A stretch of DNA of 64,000 nucleotides. It comes from Lingula anatina (lineage: Eukaryota; Animalia; Brachiopoda). Below, in pieces: positions 38,245-49,396 of the stretch. The stretch spans positions 9,238,001 to 9,302,000 of the forward strand of contig CM120640.1 of the NCBI GenBank assembly GCA_051362555.1, written 5' to 3'. Every line of letters begins with the position of its first letter. Position 1 is the first letter of the stretch. The translations under genes and the position numbers were made by a program. The notes beneath the pieces are model-generated. The model had not been told where the DNA came from. It did not search any database and saw only the letters and a list, made by a program, of their open reading frames with translations.

Positions 38245-41215
38245 ATGGCCAAGTTTTCCACTGCTGCTATTTTGCTCGTTGTTTGCTGGGTTTCTATCGA
38301 TACAAGTAAGTTTTATAGCCATCAGACTATGCTACTTTAGAGAAAATAACCTTACATCAAGAGTAATCATTAAATTTGTAAGTGTAAAGCTGCCCGATAG
38401 ACTTAATTTCATAAACATAGTCCCCTTTAGATATTACTTTTTATAGCTGCTTTTTGCATAGAAATGATGTGAGTGCAATTTCATTTCGTTTTTATGACCC
38501 ACTGTCACACAACTTAAAATAAAATACAAGTGTCTTATTTCTTATATCTATTTATAAAAATACCTTCTTGTTTACTAGGCAGTAGACATGTGCTTTGCTA
38601 ATATTATGAGATATATGCTGGAACAGTAAAAAATAGGGTTTGTAGAAAAAAAAGATGCATAAAAGAAAATACAATTAGTAAAAACATTTTATGAGAGATA
38701 AACATTTAGTAGACTATTTTTTTAAACAAATTAAAGATAAAAAATGATAAGATTAACGAAAAACATTTTCTAACATTTAGACGACAGGTTGTAATTATAT
38801 GTAGCAGGTAGGCTTATGAACAATTAAAGTTCAATTGTATTTTGTAGATGTGGGAATAGCAAGAAGCAACGCCTTTTAGCAAGAGGCGTGTCAAAATTAG
38901 GCCTAAAGTACTGCAGTTAATACTTTCAAGGCGTGCACGGGCTTCTTACTGCTACTGTCGCTTTTGGATGCAAAATTAAAAAAAAAAATTGGAGAAAATT
39001 CGAAGAATTATGTAGCCTATCATTTATAAGGCTACATTTTTCATTATCTTCACAAATAAAAACTCTGTAAGATACAGCTTTAATTTAATACAGGAAATGA
39101 AAAGTTTAGTCTTATAATATGATCAACAGACTACACAGATGAATTTCCATCAGAAAATTATCTATTTATAGGTTTTCTTACCTCCTCACCCACCAAATTA
39201 AACGCTGGCCGTTGGAGTCCTTCCCCGAACTATAGGCGGTCTGCTCCCGTCTTTAACATAGCACAACGAAATCCAAATTTAATTCTAATGAGTAACTGAA
39301 TTATCTTTAAAAAGTGTGTGAAAGTGTGTAAAAGTGTAAATAAACATAGTGCCTAAAGTGGGCCTACATGCGGACCTAATAACGACAACGTCAGTGTAAT
39401 AGATCAATAATAGATCAATTTAATAGTTTTGTTATATGCATTAAAATCTAACAGTGGCCTTAGATTTCGTTTTATTAAAATGTGAAAATATCTGCTTGCG
39501 CTCCTTTGATATATAAACTGATATAGAAAAACGATTTCAAAAATTGCCCGAATTCTCTGATACACAGTTTGAACCGGATAATGAAACACGAGTCTTTCAG
39601 GACATGTGTGATGGGCCCAGAAAACCCACGGTTTGATGGCCTTTTTAGAGGCTGTTTTTATGATTATTGCAAAATAGTTTTTATTTAGCTTCTTGCGCGG
39701 TCTGTCGGTGTCAAGGTCTATCGTTAAGATAAGGAAATGTCTGTTTTACAGTGTTTTGTCGTGATCATGATTCGAGTGGCCTTGTGCGTGAAACACACGC
39801 GATATTGTTGTCCCTGGTATTTTAATTTCAACCTTGTTAAGTAATTTAGGCCTTTCCTATTAATAAGCTGTTGTTACCTAGGTTTCAATAGTATTAAGTT
39901 AATCTGTTTGAACTAAAGATATCATAGGTGTGTGTCAAATACGGTCGAATTGCATAACAAACATATCTTTGTTTACAGGACTTACCTTGGGCTGTAAGTT
40001 TGCTAATTTTCTTTTGTACAAAGTATCGCCAAAAACAGAAAATGGAATGTGCTGGCATGGAATTTGTAAGAGTGCAGCGAGTTTTGCCGCCTCAATATTC
40101 TCTCCTTTAAATCGACCCTTGCCCGTCCAAATGAACATCATATTGCGCATTATGGGTTAGAAAAAATCATCATAGTTTTTAGCAATAACTTTTTATTGCA
40201 TAATATTCAAGCATTTCAATCATTTGTTTTATTACATTGATTGTCGCAAGGTCGGGTTAAGGCCTACCTGAGAGGTAAAACTCTTGCCTGTTGGCGATTG
40301 TTCTCGTAGTTACTTATAATTAGTTTGATAAGCATAACTTATGCGATAAGCAGTATTACCGGTACGTAATACAAGGAAATTCAAATATAGATTTGTGACT
40401 AAGCACGCAAGCCTTGTGATTCTGATAAAATTGTTATCTCTTTTATCTGTTTCTTTAGACAATTGTTCTTTAATTCAAACAAACATATTACTTCAATATT
40501 GCTTCTATTTGTTCCAGTCAGCCTTCCACGCACATGCCGACTAACCAACCTAGCTTAAAACATCATCATATTTAACTATGTACATAGTCTATCAGTACTA
40601 CTACGAGGATTTCTTATTACATGTTTAACAGGAGAGTAAATGGCGCATTAAACCAAATGATTAAATTTTTCTTTCAGCTAGCGCAGTGAAGTGTTACTCG
40701 TGCACAAATTGTAACGACCCATTTGACAAGGCTGCAAACTCGGGCAATACAATCGATTGCTCCGCTGGCTGTCAGAAGACCAAGGCTGAGACTTCAGGTG
40801 ACAAAAAAATCAATTAATTAAAAAATATAAAAGGAGAGAGAGAGAGAACCTGTAAAATTTCACCTGAAAATAAAATATTGACATACATGTGTCTAATGCT
40901 TTGATATGACAGTGACTACTCTAAGTAGTCGAGTCTATACGACTCATATGAAATCGTCATGTCTATTTTAAGTTGACAAATACAAAATTCTGAACAAATG
41001 CTATTTACCTGTTTGCAGGCGTCCAGAGCGTCGCTCGCACTTGTGCCGTTTCCGGGCAGAGCAATGGTTGCACGGAGACCTCTATAGCGGGGGTGACGGG
41101 GAGCGTGTGTGTGTGCAGCGGGGAACTTTGCAACGGCAGTGCCACAGTGTCCAGCAGTGTGCTTCTTATGGGACTGGTCTCCATCTTCGCAGCATTCCTC
41201 CTCGGAAAGAAGTAA
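38245..41215 (+). CDS. Ly6/uPAR three-finger protein (Quiver/Sleepless-like), secreted and predicted GPI-anchored, 125 aa
   Basis: Exons 38245-38305, 40678-40797, 41019-41215 (phase-1 introns). MAKFSTAAILLVVCWVSIDTTSA-VKCYSCTNCNDPF...DCSAGCQKTK...VARTC...NGC...VCVCSGELCN-GSATVSSSVLLMGLVSIFAAFLLGKK: 10 Cys in the domain, terminal CN motif, hydrophobic tail. AATAAA at ~41388. Confidence 0.93.
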
Positions 41216-41589
41216 CAGAAAGAAAACAGCGGCCTCAGATAATCTTCTGCAATCAACATTTTTTTTTTTTTTTTTTTGTAGTTGGAACGTGAAATGAAAC
41301 AATCGAAGCTTTGCAAACTCTTATTTTTTCTTTTTATGCCTCTTAGAAATACTAAATGAGTGATCATATTTTTTTGTAATTTATAATAATAAATAATGTT
41401 ATTTATTTCTTAAAAACCGCACTACACTTCCGCCTCAGTGCTGTTTACAAATAAAATTATCAGAACTACAAGTAATTATACAAATACTAAAAGCTGAGGT
41501 GAATAAAACAATTAAAATGATCAGCGCTGGTTATGATAGTAATAGTCTAAAGAATAAAACTCCTTTATGAAAAAACGAGAAAATATATA

Positions 41590-44010
41590 ATTTCAAGTAT
41601 TGAAGTACTGTGCAAACAAGAATGTTTTCAAGTCTTTTTTAAAAAACCTCAACATTATCTATAGTCCGAATGTGTGAGGGTAGTTCATTCCATAAAATGG
41701 GAGTTGCAATAACGGGTACCGGAGAAGATCAGCATTGGTCAGAATTGTGCCGGAAGTGACGTGCAGTGGTGTTAGAAGCAAAGCTGTGAGTGGTCATTTT
41801 AACATAGAGGTGAACGGCAGTGAAGACGGGTTGTCGGAGGAAAAAGAAGTTTTCTAAACAACATGGTAAGATAACTCTCCTTTTTTACGCATTTTGGGCA
41901 GAGAATACTTGTAGAAATAATAGACGCATGATATGAAAACGTGACACGGAACTTGAAGGTGCAAAATCGTGCTTAATTTGCGGTCAACTTGTTTAGAAAT
42001 AAATGCTGCGTCGACCGCCAGCGCGACAAAAAGCGTAAAGGGGAAATAATTCCCGGGAGTCTTTAAATCGTTGTCATGTGGAAATTTGGCATTAATATAA
42101 TCCGATATGTCCATATCTAAGTATTTTTGGGTGTTTTATGGTATGGCCTCCAATTACAACGATGTTTTAGAGGTCTTGAAGGACCTTGTGAAAACCAGGA
42201 AGTAGTTCGTAACTAACAAGTGGAATGTACCGATCTCCGACTGCTGTGCACAGCTGTATCTTTTTTTTCAATATATTGACGAATTTTTAGATCTTTATAT
42301 GTCCATCTTGCATGAAATTCCACACACATGATCACACTGATACACCTTTTACACTGGGGAAGGCGCTAATCAGTGACAAATGCCAAGACAAAGGTGACAT
42401 TCTGACAGCCTCTTATCTGAGTTAAAAATCACTGACAAAAGAGACTGGCAATCACTTTCCTCAGGCTGGCAATCATTAGCCTATAGAAATTGGTCATGTT
42501 ACATCTTATCTACCTGTGAGAATCGTTTTACCAACTGAGTATTGCATAATAATGTCAATTATTAGTACTTTGAGCTAGTCTTAATTACCTGTCAGCTCAC
42601 CTGAATTCTCTTTCCGTCTTTTTGGGAAGATCTTGTCAGTGAAATGTTTTATTTGTCCTGTGAATGCATTGCACTTTATTGTATATTTGTACCGATGAGC
42701 GCCTTCCCCAGTGTAAAAGGTGTATCAGTGTGATCATGTGTGTGGAATTTCATGCCAGATGGACATATAAAGATCTAAAAATTCGTCAATATATTGAAAA
42801 AAAAGATACAGCTGTGCACAGCAGTCGGAGATCGGTACATTCCACTTGTTAGTTACGAACTACTTCCTGGTTTTCACAAGGTCCTTCAAGACCTCTAAAA
42901 CATCGTTGTAATTGCAGCCCATACCATAAAACACCCAAAAATACTTAGATATGGACATATCGGATTATATTAATGCCAAATTTCCACATGACAACGATTT
43001 ATAGACTCCCGGGAATTATTTCCCCTTTACGCTTTTTGTCGCGCTGGCGGTCGACGCAGCATTTATTTCTAAACAAGTTGACCGCAAATTAAGCACGATT
43101 TTGTACCTTCAAGTTCCGTGTCACGTTTTCATATCATGCGTCTATTATTTCTACAAGCATTCTCTGCCCAAAATGCGTAAAAAAGGAGAGTTATCTTACC
43201 ATGTTGTTTAGAAAACTTCTTTTTCCTCCGACAACCCGTCTTCACTGCCGTTCACCTCTATGTTAAAATGACCACTTAGCTTCGCTTCTAACACCACTGC
43301 ACGTCACTTCCGGCACAATTCTGACCAATGCTGATCTTCTCCGGTACCCGTTATTGAAAATGCCATTTGGCCGTGGGTTTTTTTTTTTTTTTTTTTTTTT
43401 TTTTCATTCCTGGTAAAGCAAAGAGTGGAGGTGGATCTGGTGAACCTGGTGTGTAGGCTGAACTTGGATGAAGCATAGAGTCAAAATATGAAGGACATTC
43501 ACCTCTGATAATTTAAAAACAAACAGCAATAATTCAAAGACAAATCTCTGTACTGGAAGCCAATGTAGTTCAAATAAAATAGGTGAAATGTTAGATTAGA
43601 GACGGGATTTGGTCAGTAGTCGTGCTGCGGCATTTTGGACAAATTGCAGTTTTTTTAATTTGGTACGTAGGAAGACCATGCAGTAGACTGTTTCCGTAGT
43701 CAAGATGTGAAGTTATGAAGGCATAGATAAACCTCTCCATTTGACCTTTGTCAAGGATACGGGATAGTTTGGAGATTTTTAAAGACCAAAGAAAGCGGTT
43801 CTGCTTTTTTTTTTACTGATGTCGGCGGCCACATCGCACTTGTTATCAAAAATTACTTTTAAGTTTTTAACCTCATCTTTTACCGTGCCCATGCTGTTTC
43901 CAGTTCCTAATACTTCTAATTTTTCTGCATTTTAGAAAAACGTGAGATAAACTGAACTACTTCTGTTTTGCCATCATTGACACAATTGTGTAGTAACCAG
44001 TGGCGGATTT
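41590..44010 (-). mobile_element. Degenerate L2/CR1-type LINE 3' fragment, split by the foldback element
   Basis: Minus-strand translation gives LNAEKLEVL..., LQFVQNAAARLLTKSR..ISPILFELHWLPV, and across the insertion AFSIATPILWNELPSHIRT: typical L2/CR1 ORF2 C-terminal motifs. Confidence 0.8.
41711..43352. mobile_element. Foldback DNA element: ~660-bp near-perfect inverted arms with a ~300-bp spacer, no transposase
   Basis: 41711-~42370 is the reverse complement of ~42695-43352 (aacgggtaccggagaagatcagc / gctgatcttctccggtacccgtt) with scattered mismatches. Removing it restores the LINE reading frame. Confidence 0.93.
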
Positions 44011-44018
44011 CTGAAAGA

Positions 44019-44187
44019 AAATCACACCAAAGGTTCAGTCTTCAAATTAGAATTTTGACTAGCTGAATCATAGTTCTAAACCGTACCAAATGGCACCGCT
44101 CGCCCTCTGAAATACCAAAAGGGGGTAGGGGAGTATCGGCTTCGTATCCGCGGACCCCTCTTCAAATTATCCTGGATCCGCCCCTGC
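44019..44187. mobile_element. MITE of the (A)GKGGCGGAT..ATCCGCCCCT family
   Basis: cagtggcggatt ... ggatccgcccctg ends. Related ends occur near 16300, 35805, 52050 and 61146. Confidence 0.55.
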
Positions 44188-44345
44188 GTACTCTACACAG
44201 CTCTTTACGTATGAAAAGGGCGAGTGAGACAAATATGTACCCATTATGTTGCATAGTGCTGTCTTTCAGAAAAAAAGCCGGGTATCTGTAAGACTTTGGC
44301 ACGGAGGCAATAAGGTTTTGACGAGGAGACAAAGGAAACATCACT

Positions 44346-44421
44346 ATGAAGGACGTTAAGGCAGTTGCTTTGCAGCTCATGGCAGTGATAGTATTTGGAG
44401 CCATTGTCGATGAAGCGTTCA
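44346..44421 (+). pseudogene. Orphan first exon of a diverged peptide-precursor paralog (P4)
   Basis: MKDVKAVALQLMAVIVFGAIVDEAF followed by a gtaaga donor and ~40 nt homologous to P1 intron 1. No exon 2 or 3 was found downstream. Confidence 0.7.
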
Positions 44422-44483
44422 GTAAGAGGCTACGTTCTCATTTGCAAATTAAGGTCTCTCTTAAATATTTAGGGAAACGAAAT

Positions 44484-47400
44484 AGTAGAACACACGGTTT
44501 TGAACGGTAAAGTGCAAAATGAAATATTTTTGCAGAAAAATGCTTCGCTGTTCACGGTATGAAAAAAAGGTCCTTGAATTTCACATTGACAAACACAATA
44601 TTGCAGTGGCAGAAATGGATGAGCATATTTTCAATCTTTAGCGCCAATACGCGACAGAACAACTTACATGGAAATAATTTGAATTCCGTCGTTAATGAAG
44701 GATTACCAAGCACACCAAAAGCAAATAAAAATGAATTTTATTTTTTACTCAGTGTGCCGGTATTTGTGGTTTTCTTAGAAAGGCGGCTGTGAAGGGTGGC
44801 GATTTTGAAATACCGTTGCCCGCAAAACCTCGTTTGTATGATTAACAACATTAAACAGTCTAATCATAGAGACAACCTTTAATAAAGAGTGGGCTCGGTT
44901 ATTTTGGTACTGATCCTTGTTAACAGTGAAGATAATATTTTAAAGAAAGACTCATTCCCCGAATCAAGGACATGCTCACCACTGCGCTTCTTTATAAAAA
45001 ATAATAATAATTAAATAAAAATAAATAATGGAACAAGGTACTATCGGCACCCTTTACTATCTATATAGGTCTTCCCTACCAAATTGCATGTAAGACTAAT
45101 GTAGTTTGTAACAGCTAGAGAAGACTGCTTCTAGTCCACTAGTTTCGCGGTATGAGCAGTTCGAGACTGCTAGAGAGTAACAATTAATTTACTATTTTGA
45201 AAGTACTTGTCAAGAATAACAAATCACTACAGCATTGGTGTGCGGCTTATGTAGAGAGCAATATCTATATATTCCTTATATCTCTTATCTTGTATCAGTT
45301 TTTTATAGCAGCAGCAGTCTTGTAGAGCATTACAAGCTATATATGTACACTGCACGGGGTAGTGGAATGGGGGCGGGGGGGGGCAGAAATCTTGATTTTA
45401 CCTTTATTGCTAGCATGTTCTTTTTCTCGGTGCATCAAAAATCTCTTACTTTCCATCAGTCACTTTCTAGCCGATCACCACTGGCAGTTTAAAAATATGC
45501 AGTAGGCCTTCTGCAACTGCCCCTCCCCCCCTCAAAACAACAAAATTCCTAAGTGTACGGCCTCGCATGTGTATGATGCACAACAGTGCAGTAGCTCCGG
45601 ATGCATGTAGAGAGAGAGACGTGCCACTACAGAGAGTAGTAAACTTATGCTGACACCAAGTTCACCAGCTCAAATTAGTAGAACACACGGTTTTGAACGG
45701 TAAAGTGCAAAATGAAATATTTTTGCAGAAAAATGCTTCGCTGTTCACAGTATGAAAAAAAGGTCCTTGAATTTCACATTGACAAACACAATATTGCAGT
45801 GGCAGAAATGGATGAGCATATTTTCAATCTTTAGCGCCAATACGCGACAGAGCAACTTACATGGAAATAATTTGAATTCCGTCGTTAATGAAGGATTACC
45901 AAGCACACCAAAAGCAAATAAAAATGAATTTTATTTTTTACTCAGTGTACCGGTATTTGTGGTTTTCTTAGAAAGGCGGCTGTGAAGGGTGGCGATTTTG
46001 AAATACCGTTGCCCGCAAAACCTCGTTTGTATGATTAACAACATTAAACAGTCTAATCATAGAGACAACCTTTAATAAAGAGTGGGCTCGGTTATTTTGG
46101 TACTGATCCTTGTTAACAGTGAAGATAATATTTTAAAGAAAGACTCATTCCCCGAATCAAGGACATGCTCACCACTGCGCTTCTTTATAAAAAAATAATA
46201 ATAATTAAATAAAAATAAAAAATGGAACAAGGTACTATCGGCACCCTTTACTATCTATATAGGTCTTCCCTACCAAATTGCATGTAAGACTAATGTAGTT
46301 TGTAACAGCTAGAGAAGACTGCTTCTAGTCCACTAGTTTCGAGGTATGAGCAGTTCGAGACTGCTAGAGAGTAACAATTAATTTATTATTTTGAAAGTAC
46401 TTGTCAAGAATAACAAATCACTACAGCATTGGTGTGCGGCTTATGTAGAGAGCAATATCTATATATTCCTTATATCTCTTATCTTGTATCAGTTTTTTAT
46501 AGCAGCAGCAGTCTTGTAGAGCATTACAAGCTATATATGTACACTGCACGGGGTAGTGGAATGGGGGCGGGGGGGGGGGCAGAAATCTTGATTTTACCTT
46601 TATTGCTAGCATGTTCTTTTTCTCGGTGCATCAAAAATCTCTTACTTTCCATCAGTCACTTTCTAGCCGATCACCACTGGCAGTTTAAAAATATGCTGTA
46701 GGCCTTCTGCAACTGCCCCTCCCCCCCTCAATACAACAAAATTCCTAAGTGTACGGCCTCGCATGTGTATGATGCACAACAGTGCAGTAGCTCCGGATGC
46801 ATGTAGAGAGAGAGACGTGCCACTACAGAGAGTAGTAAACTTATGCTGACACCAAGTTCACCAGCTCAAATTAGTAGAACACACGGTTTTGAACGGTAAA
46901 GTGCAAAATGAAATATTTTTGCAGAAAAATGCTTCGCTGTTCACAGTATGAAAAAAAAATCCTTGAATTTCACATTGACAAACACAATATTGCAGTGGCA
47001 GAAATGGATGAGCACATTTTCAATCTTTAGCGCCAATACGCGACAGAGCAACTTACATGGAAATAATTTGAATTCCGTCGTTAATGAAGGATTACCAAGC
47101 ACACCAAAAGCAAATAAAAGTGAATTTTATTTTTTACTCAGTGTGCCGGTATTTGTGGTTTTCTTAGAAAGGCGGCTGTGAAGGGTGGCGATTTTGAAAT
47201 ACCGTTGCCCGCAAAACCTCGTTTGTATGATTAACAACATTAAACAGTCTAATCATAGAGACAACCTTTAATAAAGAGTGGGCTCGGTTATTTTGGTACT
47301 GATCCTTGTTAACAGTGAAGATAATATTTTAAAGAAAGACTCATTCCCCGAATCAAGGACATGCTCACCACTGCGCTTCTTTATAAAAAATAATAATAAT

Positions 47401-49250
47401 TAAATAAAAATAAAAAATGGAACAAGGTACTATCGGCACCCTTTACTATCTATATAGGTCTTCCCTACTAAATTGCATGTAAGACTAATGTAGTTTGTAA
47501 CAGCTAGAGAAGACTGCTTCTAGTCCACTAGTTTCGAGGTATGAGCAGTTCGAGACTGCTAGAGAGTAACAATTAATTTATTATTTTGAAAGTACTTGTC
47601 AAGAATAACAAATCACTACAGCATTGGTGTGCGGCTTATGTAGAGAGCAATATCTATATATTCCTTATATCTCTTATCTTGTATCAGTTTTTTATAGCAG
47701 CAGCAGTCTTGTAGAGCATTACAAGCTATATATGTACACTGCACGGGGTAGTGGAATGGGGGCGGGGCAGAAATCTTGATTTTACCTTTATTGCTAGCAT
47801 GTTCTTTTTCTCGGTGCATCAAAAATCTCTTACTTTCCATCAGTCACTTTCTAGCCGATCACCACTGGCAGTTTAAAAATATGCTGTAGGCCTTCTGCAA
47901 CTGCCCCTCCCCCCCTCAATACAACAAAATTCCTAAGTGTACGGCCTCGCATGTGTATGATGCTCAACAGTGCAGTAGCTCCGGATGCATGTAGAGAGAG
48001 AGACGTGCCACTACAGAGAGTAGTAAACTTATGCTGACACCAAGTTCACCAGCTCAAATTAGTAGAACACACGGTTTTGAACGGTAAAGTGCAAAATGAA
48101 ATATTTTTGCAGAAAAATGCTTCGCTGTTCACAGTATGAAAAAAAAGTCCTTGAATTTCACATTGACAAACACAATATTGCAGTGGCAGAAATGGATGAG
48201 CACATTTTCAATCTTTAGCGCCAATACGCGACAGAGCAACTTACATGGAAATAATTTGAATTCCGTCGTTAATGAAGGATTACCAAGCACACCAAAAGCA
48301 AATAAAAATGAATTTTATTTTTTACTCAGTGTACCGGTATTTGTGGTTTTCTTAGAAAGGCGGCTGTGAAGGGTGGCGATTTTGAAATACCGTTGCCCGC
48401 AAAACCTCGTTTGTATGATTAACAACATTAAACAGTCTAATCATAGAGACAACCTTTAATAAAGAGTGGGCTCGGTTATTTTGGTACTGATCCTTGTTAA
48501 CAGTGAAGATAATATTTTAAAGAAAGACTCATTCCCCGAATCAAGTACATGCTCACCACTGCGCTTCTTTATAAAAAATAATAATAATTAAATAAAAATA
48601 AATAATGGAACAAGGTACTATCGGCACCCTTTACTATCTATATAGGTCTTCCCTACCAAATTGCATGTAAGACTAATGTAGTTTGTAACAGCTAGAGAAG
48701 ACTGCTTCTAGTCCACTAGTTTCGAGGTATGAGCAGTTCGAGACTGCTAGAGAGTAACAATTAATTTATTATTTTGAAAGTACTTGTCAAGAATAACAAA
48801 TCACTACAGCATTGGTGTGCGGCTTATGTAGAGAGCAATATCTATATATTCCTTATATCTCTTATCTTGTATCAGTTTTTTATAGCAGCAGCAGTCTTGT
48901 AGAGCATTACAAGCTATATATGTACACTGCACGGGGTAGTGGAATGGGGGCGGGGGGGGGGGCAGAAATCTTGATTTTACCTTTATTGCTAGCATGTTCT
49001 TTTTCTCGGTGCATCAAAAATCTCTTACTTTCCATCAGTCACTTTCTAGCCGATCACCACTGGCGGTACTAAAAATATGCTGTAGGCCTTCTGCAACTGC
49101 CCCTCCCCCCCTCAAAACAACAAAATTCCAAAGTGTACGGCCTCGCATGCGTATGATGCACACTAGTGCAGTAGCTCCGGATGCATATACAGACGTGCCA
49201 CTACAGAGAGTAGTAAACTTATGCTGACACCAAGTTCACCAGCTCAAATT
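44484..49250 (+). repeat. Four head-to-tail near-identical ~1.19-kb units directly upstream of SLC22 B1
   Basis: Units begin agtagaacacacgg at 44484, 45677, 46873 and 48061 (1193, 1196, 1188, 1190 bp) and end ccagctcaaatt. The last unit runs into unique sequence 146 nt before the B1 ATG. Confidence 0.97.
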
Positions 49251-49396
49251 ACCAGTTTTCTGTGCACCCGTCAAGGCCTTGCCTATGATTAAACAAACTT
49301 GTAATCTCGGAGAAGCTGTTTATAACCTCGGACTTGATTACTTCCTTTCGCTGGGTCGTAAGGACACGACCTGAATAAGCAGTAGCGAAACAAAGC

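Noticed and set aside
40916-41367. Overlapping 83-128-aa ORFs on both strands
   Set aside because: Shadows of the GC-rich Ly6 exon 3; the real frame is defined by the splice phase and Cys pattern.
41854-42852. ORFs within the foldback arms as a possible transposase
   Set aside because: Short, no DDE/THAP motifs recognised, and not kept open in the opposite arm.
44559-48369. Four copies of a 77-aa ORF (MKK[R/K]SLNFTLTNT...) and companion 63-90-aa ORFs
   Set aside because: They recur only because the 1.19-kb unit is repeated. There is no recognisable domain, and companion ORFs change frame with G-run length.
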